Shown: positions 16,957 through 26,589, counted from the first letter of the stretch. The stretch: DNA of 64,000 bases from Sulfolobales archaeon (GCA_038844925.1 JAWBQY010000005.1:6325-70324); one strand, 5' to 3'. Notes: generated by a model not told the origin, from the sequence alone. Program-made: numbers and translations.

Positions 16957-18801
16957 TCACCTCCAAACTAACGCCCTACCGATATCGTAGTGGCCTAAGA
17001 GAGGTTCTGAAGTCTTAAATAATACGTACCCCGACCTAATGGTCGGACTTCTAAGCAGGCCTACCCTATCTGGGGCTAATAACATATAGCTTAAGTACTC
17101 CTTAGGTGTGTCAACAAGTTCTAGGAAGCTCTTCTCACTTCTGAAGATGACTTTAGTATTAGTTAGCTGAGTTATAATTTTATGCACGTCCTTCGGTGAA
17201 TGAGTGGAGAATATGAAGCCCAACCCCCTAGCCCTACCCAACCTAGCAATCATAGATATGAAGTCTGCAAGCATGTCAACCTCCTCATATGAAGTCCCCT
17301 CAGATGGGAAGAATCTATGCGCCTCATCTAAAACCACTATTGCTGGCCTATCCGTACTTCCTGAATGTGCACCCCTCTTCCAGGCGTATAAAGACCTAAG
17401 ATACTCATACGCTATTAAGTTAGCTATGAAGGTACTTGACCCTCTGGCCATCGGATAATCTAAGTCTAGGATTACTGGCCACCTACACTCCTTGACCAAC
17501 ACATCTATCGGTGGGATCCCCAGGTAATTACCATCAACCACTACGTCAACATCGTCAGAACTTGCTAAGAAGTTAAAAACCCTCTCTATATTCTCTAGAG
17601 TCGACTTATGTAACTTCATGACCTCGGAAATGCTCTTCTTAAGCTGTATAAACCTCATATACAGTGATGTAAAGCTATTGATACCTCCTGCCTGATCTTC
17701 TAGGTAATTTATTATGTTCCTTAAGTAAAGCCTTGCCTGACGTGAGAATAGAGGTAGTGAGTCTAAGTGGTCCTTCATCCTCACATAACTTAATGAAATA
17801 GGTATGACCTCGATGTTGACTTTAAATGTATCTGAAGTTAATGTAGCAATGACCGACTTAATAATGCCGAGATCCCTACCCTCCAACGATAATTTATAGT
17901 CAAGTTGAGTGTTATGGAATAATGATAAAGTCCTGCTAAACCTATCCCTTATGTACGCATTGGAAAATTCTACTATGCTACGGTATAACCTCCTCCTAAG
18001 AGGTACTAGGTAGGTCACCCATTTAGGATACTTGCTTAGTAGGTCGTCCAACCCATTTATAAGTATTTCAGAGTCCTTCGGCACTTTATTAGGCGGTAAA
18101 GCTATTTGAGTGTAATCTCCAGTAGCATCAATTATTGATATGAAGATATCCTCCCAACTACTTAACATACTGAAGACTAAGTTCTTAATAAAGGTCGTCT
18201 TACCAGCACCTGTAGTCCCCAATACTAATAGGTGTTTGAAGAACTCATATCTCGGTATTTTAATGGGTACTAAACTGCTAGGAGTTAGTGATTGAGGAGA
18301 TGTTAAAGAACCTACTACAACACCATCGGTTGGTAAGCCAGTAACCACCTGTACTAGTGAGGGGTTCGTAGGTATGGCTACTGGTGATTGAGGTTCTACA
18401 GGCGTTGCTACAGGTAATCCATCCTCAGTTAGAAGGGGTTCTGCCTCCACTAATGTATAAGTCATTAAACCCTCAACTCTGTAATCTAAACCAAGACTTA
18501 ATGGGGTCTCAACCTCAGAAGCTGCATCAGTCCTCGCAACACTCCTAACCCTCAACCCAACATACTTTAAACTCTTTAAATCAACAGCTATTAAGTAGTC
18601 CCCAATACCTATAGTTAGTCCTTCGCCGAAGTAGACATACGGATCTACCTCAACAACTACTCTAACCTCACCATCAGACACTTTAGAAGGACTCCTCCTA
18701 CTAACACGTCCTACGACCTTACCTGCATTTGAGATCTTAGCTAAGGCTTCGTAAGACCTTTCCTTAAGCAACTCAATTAATGAATTAAAACCATCACTCA
18801 T
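16957..18801 (-). CDS. HerA-like (DUF87/FtsK-HerA superfamily) ATPase
   Basis: An N-terminal HAS-barrel-like region is followed by a P/S/T-rich linker. Walker A is GTTGAGKTT and Walker B is VVLDEAHRF. It overlaps the upstream NurA-like gene by 8 nt. Confidence 0.85.
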   Translation of the reverse strand: MSDGFNSLIELLKERSYEALAKISNAGKVVGRVSRRSPSKVSDGEVRVVVEVDPYVYFGEGLTIGIGDYLIAVDLKSLKYVGLRVRSVARTDAASEVETPLSLGLDYRVEGLMTYTLVEAEPLLTEDGLPVATPVEPQSPVAIPTNPSLVQVVTGLPTDGVVVGSLTSPQSLTPSSLVPIKIPRYEFFKHLLVLGTTGAGKTTFIKNLVFSMLSSWEDIFISIIDATGDYTQIALPPNKVPKDSEILINGLDDLLSKYPKWVTYLVPLRRRLYRSIVEFSNAYIRDRFSRTLSLFHNTQLDYKLSLEGRDLGIIKSVIATLTSDTFKVNIEVIPISLSYVRMKDHLDSLPLFSRQARLYLRNIINYLEDQAGGINSFTSLYMRFIQLKKSISEVMKLHKSTLENIERVFNFLASSDDVDVVVDGNYLGIPPIDVLVKECRWPVILDLDYPMARGSSTFIANLIAYEYLRSLYAWKRGAHSGSTDRPAIVVLDEAHRFFPSEGTSYEEVDMLADFISMIARLGRARGLGFIFSTHSPKDVHKIITQLTNTKVIFRSEKSFLELVDTPKEYLSYMLLAPDRVGLLRSPTIRSGYVLFKTSEPLLGHYDIGRALVWR

Positions 18802-19870
18802 ATTCTAAAGCCTCGTAAGGTATTGAAACACCCCTCATTATGAGCATGTTGACGAAGATCTTAGTCATCTTGCTGAGCACGCCTTTACTATATGAGTCAG
18901 CTATGCTTAACCTATAAGGTATGTCTAAGCCGTAGTCGTAAGCCTCAAATACTATGTGGGAGAGCACATCATCCATGAAATCATACGGCATATCATCAAA
19001 TACTTCCTTAAGCACTTCAATACGGAATACTGAGTAAGTATTATAGATTGAGGACTTAGGCACTGCAACGTATGTGAAGTATCTTGCAGGTCCCTCACCA
19101 CGTCGGTATAAATATATGGGCGTTCTAATAGGTTTAGACCTCACATTCATATCCTTAATTAAAGCCTCAACGAATTCCACATCAGAAACACCACTAGAAA
19201 TCGATGGCGGTATGTAATAAGAATTCCTAACCCTCTTAACTATATTTACTGGAAGTAAACCGTACCTATATGCTTCCCTAATTAACTTAGTCCTACACTC
19301 ATTAAGCCTAGATAACTCATCATTCCAACGGCATACCATCTTAGGGTGGTGTAAGGGGTAGTAGATGGGGCCGTCAATCATTAATATGGTATTAGGTTGA
19401 AGTATTTCTAAAGACTTACTAATCATGTAGGACTCTAGGTTTATCCTAACGTCATGAGATATAGCACCTAATGGGAGGTTAGGATCGTCAGCATATCTTA
19501 AGTTAAGCATTATGTAAGAGTCTGTAACTCCGGCCATCCTACTACCTAGTAAGGTTCCAGCAAATGGCGCCTCAGTAACGGATGTCATAACATCGGGGTA
19601 TACTGTAATTTTTGACGCACATATAACGCCTACTGATAATGCGACCTCATTGTTATTTGTCATAATGTTAGATGAGGCTGCATCAACAGCACCACTTACT
19701 AAAGGTCTTGAAGGTCTACTAATAACTTTAGGTTTATCTAAAACCTCAACGTCTTGAGATACTTCCAAAGTAGTGAGTCTTACAGTAGCTCTACTAAAGT
19801 TAGAGTTATTAGTTATACTGTCCGCAAGTTCGTTCAGCAACTGTAGTAGCATTCGGTGCTCCAGGCCCAA
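18794..19870 (-). CDS. NurA-like nuclease
   Basis: NurA-type motif order is present: GAVDAASS near the N-terminus, ILMIDGPIY in the middle, and IPYRLSIADSYSK near the C-terminus. It is translationally coupled to the HerA-like gene. Confidence 0.65.
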   Translation of the reverse strand: MGLEHRMLLQLLNELADSITNNSNFSRATVRLTTLEVSQDVEVLDKPKVISRPSRPLVSGAVDAASSNIMTNNNEVALSVGVICASKITVYPDVMTSVTEAPFAGTLLGSRMAGVTDSYIMLNLRYADDPNLPLGAISHDVRINLESYMISKSLEILQPNTILMIDGPIYYPLHHPKMVCRWNDELSRLNECRTKLIREAYRYGLLPVNIVKRVRNSYYIPPSISSGVSDVEFVEALIKDMNVRSKPIRTPIYLYRRGEGPARYFTYVAVPKSSIYNTYSVFRIEVLKEVFDDMPYDFMDDVLSHIVFEAYDYGLDIPYRLSIADSYSKGVLSKMTKIFVNMLIMRGVSIPYEALEYE

Positions 19871-19989
19871 ATAACTAACTGCGTAGATACTTTAAATGCG
19901 TATCTCATCTCAAGAGGTCGCTGATAATGCTTTAATTTCCAGCTAACTTATATTCCTCAGTAATAATCAAGTAACACTACGTGGTATAG

Positions 19990-21486
19990 ATGGAGGAACA
20001 TCATAGGAAGTTCAGTATTAGTGGTATAGTAAGAGGTGGTTTCTGGCTTTACTTTGGTAGTATTATCGATAACTTCGCAGGCTTCATATACTGGATGCTC
20101 GTCTCTGTACTAGTAGGACCTACTGCCATAGGCATTGCGAGTGCTATCTCAAGCCTTTCCGGACTAATATTAAGTTTCTTAGGCTTCGGTATAGGTACAG
20201 GAGTTGTTAGATTCTTCGGTATGTGCTTAGGGAGTAATGATAGAGAAGGACTTAAGACATATTTCTGGACCTCCTATATATTCAACCTGTTAATACATGT
20301 AGTAGTTGGATTATTGATCACTTCATTAGGTGTTTATGGATATGAGTTCGGCGGGATCTCAGGCAGCATGCTTATTTTCACTTCACTAATGGTCATAGCC
20401 GGCTTAAACTCCGTACCTACATCTCTAATAACTTCTATGCTTAAGACTGAAATCATCTTTACCTCCATAGTGTTGAGCATATTCTTCAGATTCGCCATCG
20501 GGATTACGTTGGTACTGTATTACGGGTTAGGATGGGTAGGTGCGGTTATTGGAAATCTAGTCCAACTCTACGTTAGGTTAATAATAATTAACCTACGGAC
20601 TATGAAGGAAGTGCCGATCAGACCGTGCTTCTCTTTTAAAGCACTTAAAGAAGTACTAACTGCTGGAATGCCTTCATGGCTACCAGGCCTCATATCGTCT
20701 GCTGGTAGTTTATTAGGCGTTCTCTCAGTCTACACGATCTCAGGTGCTTTAGAAACAGGCTATTACTACGTGTCATCAGCCATAGCGAATGTGATCTTAA
20801 TGGTTAGTGCTAGTATCCTATCACTTACGTTTCCAGTCCTTAGCGGTATGAAGGATGGAAGGAAGAGGACTTTATCACAGGTTATGAGGGTAAGTATAGC
20901 CCTCATAGCCCCTCCCGCAATATACGTAATGTTTTACTCTTGGGTACCGCTTTCATTACTCGGTAGTGAGTACCTTAACTCAGCCCCTATACTGACTACC
21001 CTACTAATCTCTTCCATCCCCTTAGCAATTACTTCAGGTATAGGAAGTCTAGTATATGCCTACGGGAAGTATCTATTGGTTTTAATGATTAACATGGCTA
21101 TCAGCGTAGTTAGGCTAATACTCTACTACATCTTAGTTCCAGATTATGGAGGGTTGGGCAGTGCGGTTGCCTTCACCATAGGTAGTTACGTAGGGTTCTT
21201 AACTACGTTACACATTATTAAATCCATTAAATTTAACGTAGAGTGGGGCTCACTAGCTAAGACTACTGCTATACCATTAGCTTTGAGTGCAGCCTGCTTC
21301 CTCCTAAACATCCACTGGTTAATATCACTTATAATAGTAGCTTCCTCATATATCGCCTACTTGAAATTCAGGATTATTAGTAGGGATGAGTTGAAGGAGG
21401 TCGTAAAAGCCTTACATATGGAGGCATTAGCTATTAAGATCTACAGCAGGTACGGCGATATAATTAATAGAATATTGGGTTATTAA
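19990..21486 (+). CDS. MOP-superfamily (Wzx/polysaccharide biosynthesis) flippase
   Basis: About 14 TM helices and ~500 aa, matching the typical oligosaccharide flippase architecture. Confidence 0.7.
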   Translation: MEEHHRKFSISGIVRGGFWLYFGSIIDNFAGFIYWMLVSVLVGPTAIGIASAISSLSGLILSFLGFGIGTGVVRFFGMCLGSNDREGLKTYFWTSYIFNLLIHVVVGLLITSLGVYGYEFGGISGSMLIFTSLMVIAGLNSVPTSLITSMLKTEIIFTSIVLSIFFRFAIGITLVLYYGLGWVGAVIGNLVQLYVRLIIINLRTMKEVPIRPCFSFKALKEVLTAGMPSWLPGLISSAGSLLGVLSVYTISGALETGYYYVSSAIANVILMVSASILSLTFPVLSGMKDGRKRTLSQVMRVSIALIAPPAIYVMFYSWVPLSLLGSEYLNSAPILTTLLISSIPLAITSGIGSLVYAYGKYLLVLMINMAISVVRLILYYILVPDYGGLGSAVAFTIGSYVGFLTTLHIIKSIKFNVEWGSLAKTTAIPLALSAACFLLNIHWLISLIIVASSYIAYLKFRIISRDELKEVVKALHMEALAIKIYSRYGDIINRILGY

Positions 21487-21511
21487 ATACAGCTGATATA
21501 GAGTTCTAATT

Positions 21512-22909
21512 CTAACCAACTATTGTTAACTCTCTATCTCTAAATAAGACGACTGCTAACGCTACAGTAGAAGTTGCTAGGGAGGTTAGAGCAGTAGATG
21601 TTACCATCTTCGACGCGTCGTAGTAACCTACTACACTAATCCTAAATTCGTAGGTAATGCTATCACCAAATCTGTAGGTATTAGTCATGATGGACACTAT
21701 CACCGTTTTAAAACTCCCGTAAGCTTCTTTTAAGACTCCGTTATCATCGTAGTTAAGTCTTAAACTCTCTATGTATGTTGGGACGTTGACTACTGAGTCC
21801 CCCACCCTCAACTTAGAAGTCGTATTTAGGTTGATTAGCTCAAGTGATGACGATGATGCTGACTTATTGATCATTAAGTCAAGACCGACTAATCTGTTAA
21901 TTAGTATTCTAGTGTAGGTATTAGTTATGGTCTGCACTTCAACGTTATTATTAACTACTGTGAATACTATGCTATCATTCAACTCAGCTATGCCGACAGC
22001 CCTACCACTCACACCAGCAACGTATATAGTTAGTTGACTAACATCGCTAGCAATGACTGCTGAACCAGCTATTAGGGATGCTATTAAGGCTGAGAGGAGT
22101 AATTTAGATGTCCTCCCTAAGCCCCTTACAGCTTCTACCTCTCTAAATATAATGTTAAATATATGTCCATAACTACGCCAACCCCTAAGTAGTTCAAGTC
22201 TTTCCTTCCTAACGAGGATTGGTAGTAATGCGATCCCGGCTACAAAACCGCCGGCATGTGCGAAAAACGCTACAGCTGCACCTAACCTTGAATATCCGTA
22301 TATTACTTGAGTAGCAAACCAGAAGATAAGCCAATACGATGCTCTAACAGTAAAGCAGACTGGGAATATGAAGAAGAACCAACAAGCACTTAATGAAGTA
22401 CCTGGGTAGAACATCAAATATGCTGCTAAGACCCCGCTAATAGCTCCGGAAGCACCTAAGGCTGGAATCATTAAGGCGTAAGGCCCTTGAATGTAGCTGA
22501 AAGCTGTATGGAATACTGTAGCTAGTATACCTGATATAAAGTAAAGTATTACAAATCTTAAAGATCCCAAGGAATTCTCCACACCCCTACCAAATATGTA
22601 GAGGAAGTACATATTGAAGAATATATGCAGTATATCACCGTGGAGGAACATAGATGTAAAGACTCGGTAAATGTTTGTAGGGTCTTCAACTAATAAGATA
22701 GGGATGTAACTACCTACCTCAACCCAATAACCTCCTATAGACATAAACATATTACTTAATGATGATATTATATAAACCGCTACGTTAGCCAGTATTAATG
22801 CTACTGTAGCTTTAGGATATCCGAATTCGTAGCCTTCGGGGAGAGTCCCCGTAGGGAGGCCGAATAAATACCTACTTAAATTCCCTAATTTTATAGTAGC
22901 TCCACCCAC
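21512..22909 (-). CDS. rhomboid intramembrane serine protease with ~230-aa C-terminal extracytoplasmic domain and terminal TM
   Basis: The rhomboid motifs are FLHGDILHIFFNMYF (HxxxN), GASGAISGVLAAY (GxSG) and FFAHAGGFVAG. The C-terminal beta-rich domain ends in a TM helix. Confidence 0.85.
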   Translation of the reverse strand: MGGATIKLGNLSRYLFGLPTGTLPEGYEFGYPKATVALILANVAVYIISSLSNMFMSIGGYWVEVGSYIPILLVEDPTNIYRVFTSMFLHGDILHIFFNMYFLYIFGRGVENSLGSLRFVILYFISGILATVFHTAFSYIQGPYALMIPALGASGAISGVLAAYLMFYPGTSLSACWFFFIFPVCFTVRASYWLIFWFATQVIYGYSRLGAAVAFFAHAGGFVAGIALLPILVRKERLELLRGWRSYGHIFNIIFREVEAVRGLGRTSKLLLSALIASLIAGSAVIASDVSQLTIYVAGVSGRAVGIAELNDSIVFTVVNNNVEVQTITNTYTRILINRLVGLDLMINKSASSSSLELINLNTTSKLRVGDSVVNVPTYIESLRLNYDDNGVLKEAYGSFKTVIVSIMTNTYRFGDSITYEFRISVVGYYDASKMVTSTALTSLATSTVALAVVLFRDRELTIVG

Positions 22910-23049
22910 TAATTTTATGTTATGTGCCTTAAATATGCTAGTATGTGATGTATTTCTCTAAGTATCTATTATTTTCTTTAAGTTATAACTAATTATAACT
23001 AAACGTTAAATTAAAAACCCTAAATTAAAGACCTACCACGGTGTGAGTA

Positions 23050-23520
23050 GTGAGCGATAATGAGTATTTATGGCTGCTATACGCTTTAGGTGCATTCATC
23101 ATGTTTGGCGTAACGAATTTCCTACTTAAGCTAGCTAGTATTAAGGGAGTACCCTCAATAGAAGGTACTGCTGTGCTTTGGATTTCCACGGGATTAGTTG
23201 GCTTGATAGCATTTCTCTTAATTCTTACTAGCGGTTCCATCAACCCACTAGTAAATCCCAGTATATCTAAATTAGATTTTAAGTACTTTACAATACCAGT
23301 AGTGGCTGGTATCACATTAGCTGTAGGGATGTACTTCCTTAAAGCTGCCGTAGCTACGGGTAAGGCGGGTCCTGCAACAGCTATAAGTGCTTCTAACGCT
23401 GCATTAGTAGCCATACTGACCTGGCTAATTCTTAATGAAAAACTTACGTTGAGTGAGGTATTAGGAATGATTGTTTACATTATCGCAATAATGTTTCTCA
23501 CATTAAAACCGTTAGGATGA
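23050..23520 (+). CDS. small EamA-like (half-size DMT) membrane protein
   Basis: It has 4-5 TM helices. It is preferred over the antisense ORF at 23025-23414, which has no coherent hydrophobic periodicity. Confidence 0.6.
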   Translation: MSDNEYLWLLYALGAFIMFGVTNFLLKLASIKGVPSIEGTAVLWISTGLVGLIAFLLILTSGSINPLVNPSISKLDFKYFTIPVVAGITLAVGMYFLKAAVATGKAGPATAISASNAALVAILTWLILNEKLTLSEVLGMIVYIIAIMFLTLKPLG

Positions 23521-23557
23521 CTTGTAGAACTACTATCAAATCACTTAAAACTACAGC

Positions 23558-24490
23558 TTACTCCTTTTTACTAATTCCCTCAAGCACTTCCCTACCTAGT
23601 GGAGTTACCTTAATGTAAGTCTTCCCACCAACGTCTGTCGTGGTTATCAGTTTAAGATGACTTAACTTCCTAATACGTCGCCAGGCTACAGACTTACTTA
23701 AACCTAATTCACGGGCCAAGCCAGATATGGTTAACTCCTTAGTAGACACCACTCTAAGTATTTCAATATCCCTTTCATCAATTTCAGACTTTAAAGTCCT
23801 AACATCATATTCCAGTAATTCTACTTCCTCCCCAGCACTAGGCTTGCGGCGTCTAAGTAAGTAGTAAATCACTCCTGCTAGGGAAGCACCAAGTAATAAT
23901 GGGATGGGATACCAGGGTGGAGGGAATGCTACCGCAGTAGCGTTAACTATGGGTGACGTTGTATTCCCGATAAACGTTAATGGGATGTAGGATATCAGAT
24001 AGGTACCACCTCTACTATACGTTAAAGTTATAGCTGTATCCGTAAAGGAAACATCAGCTGAACCGTTAAGATATAGCAATGCTGAAGACTTGGGGAGTAG
24101 TACCTTTGAAGGACCACCGGGGCTGATGACAACATCGATATACGCCTCTCTTATAGTAGCAGCCCTCGCTACGTAATTAACAATTACCTTTTCAGAATTA
24201 CCTATATTATAGATTATGACTATATCGCCGTCAACTAATTCAGCTGGGAGTAATTCATTGAACTCATTAACAGCAACTATACTTTCCTCAATTATCGAGT
24301 CCTCAACCTTTACATAGATAATACCCTCCTCCCTAACACCATCTATAAAAACACTTACATATGCATAACCCTCCGAACCTAACCTATATAAATACTCAGT
24401 CCTAGACGTATTAACTTCAGCATGTAGAGCGGGCTGTAGTAATAGTGTGATGGTGAGAATAGTCAACATGATCTTTAGCTTCCATATCAT
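23558..24490 (-). CDS. membrane-tethered winged-helix transcription regulator
   Basis: Signal/anchor (ILTITLLLQPALHA), a ~190-aa outside domain with N-x-S/T sequons, and a TM helix (IPLLLGASLAGVIYYLL) followed by RRRK. The cytoplasmic wHTH reads ISGLARELGLSKSVAWRRIRKL. Confidence 0.65.
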   Translation of the reverse strand: MIWKLKIMLTILTITLLLQPALHAEVNTSRTEYLYRLGSEGYAYVSVFIDGVREEGIIYVKVEDSIIEESIVAVNEFNELLPAELVDGDIVIIYNIGNSEKVIVNYVARAATIREAYIDVVISPGGPSKVLLPKSSALLYLNGSADVSFTDTAITLTYSRGGTYLISYIPLTFIGNTTSPIVNATAVAFPPPWYPIPLLLGASLAGVIYYLLRRRKPSAGEEVELLEYDVRTLKSEIDERDIEILRVVSTKELTISGLARELGLSKSVAWRRIRKLSHLKLITTTDVGGKTYIKVTPLGREVLEGISKKE

Positions 24491-24713
24491 TTAACTCCTA
24501 TAAAAGGAGTTTAATACATCTTAATATGCTCTACTGCTTAATTAGCTTCTTAACACTCCAAGCTTATATAATCCATCCATAATTAAGTACTTCAAATTCG
24601 CAGGGCTTCATCACACCGTTATTCAGAGTCGGAAGTTCATAACATCTAATAAATATTACCTTGTAAGATTTAAAAATCTATTTTAGTTTACGATTTTCTT
24701 TCTTCAATAGCTG

Positions 24714-24860
24714 TTACTTAGCCTTTACAAATACGTATACTGGTGTACCGCATGTTGGACATGATCCTTTTAACGCCTTCCTACCGTTCTTTAGGGTAAC
24801 TTCTTGGGGGTTTTTAATCTCAACCTTCTTCCTACACTTTACACAGAACCCAACTGCCAT
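24714..24860 (-). CDS. small zinc-ribbon protein (DUF5679-like), 48 aa, below the ORF-track cutoff
   Basis: Hand translation gives MAVGFCVKCRKKVEIKNPQEVTLKNGRKALKGSCPTCGTPVYVFVKAK, with CxxC...CxxC. A TATAAATA lies ~20-30 nt upstream on the minus strand. Confidence 0.6.
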   Translation of the reverse strand: MAVGFCVKCRKKVEIKNPQEVTLKNGRKALKGSCPTCGTPVYVFVKAK

Positions 24861-25097
24861 ATATTATGCACCCATGTATCTATTTATAGGTAGGGGTAAA
24901 TAAAGCTAGCGTACATGAATTCGTGGGACGAATTCGTGAAAACTACATCAAGCGTATTACCTAATAATTACTTCATGTCTTAAGCAACTACCCAGTCCTG
25001 AAGACCTCCTACCACATGGGTGGTGGGAGACCCTCCAGTCTTATGGGTCATACTTACGACCTCTTAATTTAATAAGTCTGTTTGTAAGTCATTTCAT

Positions 25098-26354
25098 GTG
25101 GTTTGGATGGACTTCAAGGTGAAGGACTTAGGTCTCGCTTCGAAGGGTAAGACACAGATCGAGTGGGCTGAAACCCGTATGCCTGTACTTAAAATTATTA
25201 GGGAGGAATTCTCCAAGAGTAAACCACTTAAAGGTATTAGGATTTCAGCCGTTCTCCATGTGACTAAGGAAACAGCAGTATTAGTTAAGACCTTAGTAGA
25301 AGGTGGTGCTGAAGTGTGGTTAGCTGGCAGCAATCCACTCTCAACTCAGGATGACGTAGCTGCAGCCTTAGCGGAGGAGGGAGTGCACGTCTATGCTTGG
25401 AGAGGTGAGACGAGAGAGGAGTATTACTGGTGTATTGAGAAAGTATCCGAAGTAGGTCCTCAAATCGTGGTTGATGATGGGGCAGACCTGCACGCATATT
25501 TACATTCTAAGGGTCTGACTTCTAAGGTGATGGGCGGTACTGAGGAAACAACTACTGGTGTTTACAGGCTTCGAATGTTAGAGAAGGAGGGCAGATTGGG
25601 GTATCCGGTGATAGCTGTAAACGACTCCTACACTAAGTACTTATTTGACAATAGATATGGTACTGGGCAGTCAACAATTGACGGGATACTCAGAGCTACG
25701 AACATACTAATAGCGGGAAAACTAGCTGTTGTCGCCGGCTATGGATGGGTTGGGAGAGGAATAGCCAGTAGGTTGCGTGGGATGGGTGCTAGAGTAATAA
25801 TTACTGAGGTAAATGCTGTGAGGGCTTTAGAGGCGGTGATGGACGGATTTGAGGTAATGCCTATGGATAAGGCGTGCGAGGTTGGAGACATATTCGTAAC
25901 AGCGACAGGGAATATTAACGTAGTTAGAATGGAACATATTAATAAGATGAAGGATGGAGCGATCCTAGCCAATGCAGGACACTTTAATGTTGAGATAGAC
26001 GTAAAATCCTTAGAGAATTCTGCAAAACAGCGGAGGGTTATTAGGGATAATCTAGTTGAATACCTCTTAAGTAATGGGAGGAGGGTCTACCTACTAGCTG
26101 AGGGGAGGTTAGTCAACCTGGTAGCCGCTGAGGGACATCCGAGTGAGGTCATGGACCTAAGCTTCTCAAACCAAGCATACGCTATTAAATACTTAGTCGA
26201 GAGGTATGGAAAGTTAGCCAACTCTGTGTATAAGTTACCGGATGAGATTGACGAGGCTATTGCTAGATTAAAGTTGATGAGTATGGGAATCTCAATAGAC
26301 GTGTTGAGTGAGGAGCAAAGAAAGTATTTAAGTAGTTGGGAGCTTGGTACTTAA
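25098..26354 (+). CDS. ahcY: adenosylhomocysteinase
   Basis: [16 protein letters not shown], the NAD-binding [12 protein letters not shown] and GHFNVEID are present, and the length is typical. The true start may be the ATG at 25107. Confidence 0.95.
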   Translation: MVWMDFKVKDLGLASKGKTQIEWAETRMPVLKIIREEFSKSKPLKGIRISAVLHVTKETAVLVKTLVEGGAEVWLAGSNPLSTQDDVAAALAEEGVHVYAWRGETREEYYWCIEKVSEVGPQIVVDDGADLHAYLHSKGLTSKVMGGTEETTTGVYRLRMLEKEGRLGYPVIAVNDSYTKYLFDNRYGTGQSTIDGILRATNILIAGKLAVVAGYGWVGRGIASRLRGMGARVIITEVNAVRALEAVMDGFEVMPMDKACEVGDIFVTATGNINVVRMEHINKMKDGAILANAGHFNVEIDVKSLENSAKQRRVIRDNLVEYLLSNGRRVYLLAEGRLVNLVAAEGHPSEVMDLSFSNQAYAIKYLVERYGKLANSVYKLPDEIDEAIARLKLMSMGISIDVLSEEQRKYLSSWELGT

Positions 26355-26589
26355 TTAAAAATGTAGAAGAAGTTGAGCATTAGGTGGCTTAAGCCTAACA
26401 TCATTTTAAAATTTTTCAACGCAGATCTTTAAACACTCACCAGAACAGATATAGAATTCCTCTCCATACCTATCGTAACATAAATCTATGCATTTATCTT
26501 CGCAAGACATCAGTAGCGACGTGGCAATACAGATCACCACAGAATAGTATGACGTTCACTTTCTTTTAAACTTTTCGTTATTAATTGTA

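Noticed and set aside
23025-23414. 129-aa minus-strand ORF overlapping the small EamA-like gene
   Set aside because: The plus-strand frame shows regular TM-helix periodicity. The minus-strand product has no such organisation.
24586-24650. Minus-strand CTGA-8 nt-GTGATGA (good D'/C' pair) as the core of a third C/D sRNA
   Set aside because: The terminal boxes are poor (GTTATGA or ATGTTAT for C, TTGA for D), and one guide would be only 10 nt. I could not support the call; it may be worth a formal scan.
24980-25097. SAH/SAM-responsive riboswitch upstream of ahcY
   Set aside because: The hairpin lies upstream of the likely TATA element, so it is probably outside the ahcY mRNA. No recognisable SAH-riboswitch features are present.
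26432-26509. Small Cys-rich minus-strand ORF in the ahcY-DUF2283 spacer
   Set aside because: Careful translation gives only 25 aa (MSCEDKCIDLCYDRYGGNSISVLVS), with no promoter or SD support. An earlier longer reading was my misreading of the sequence.
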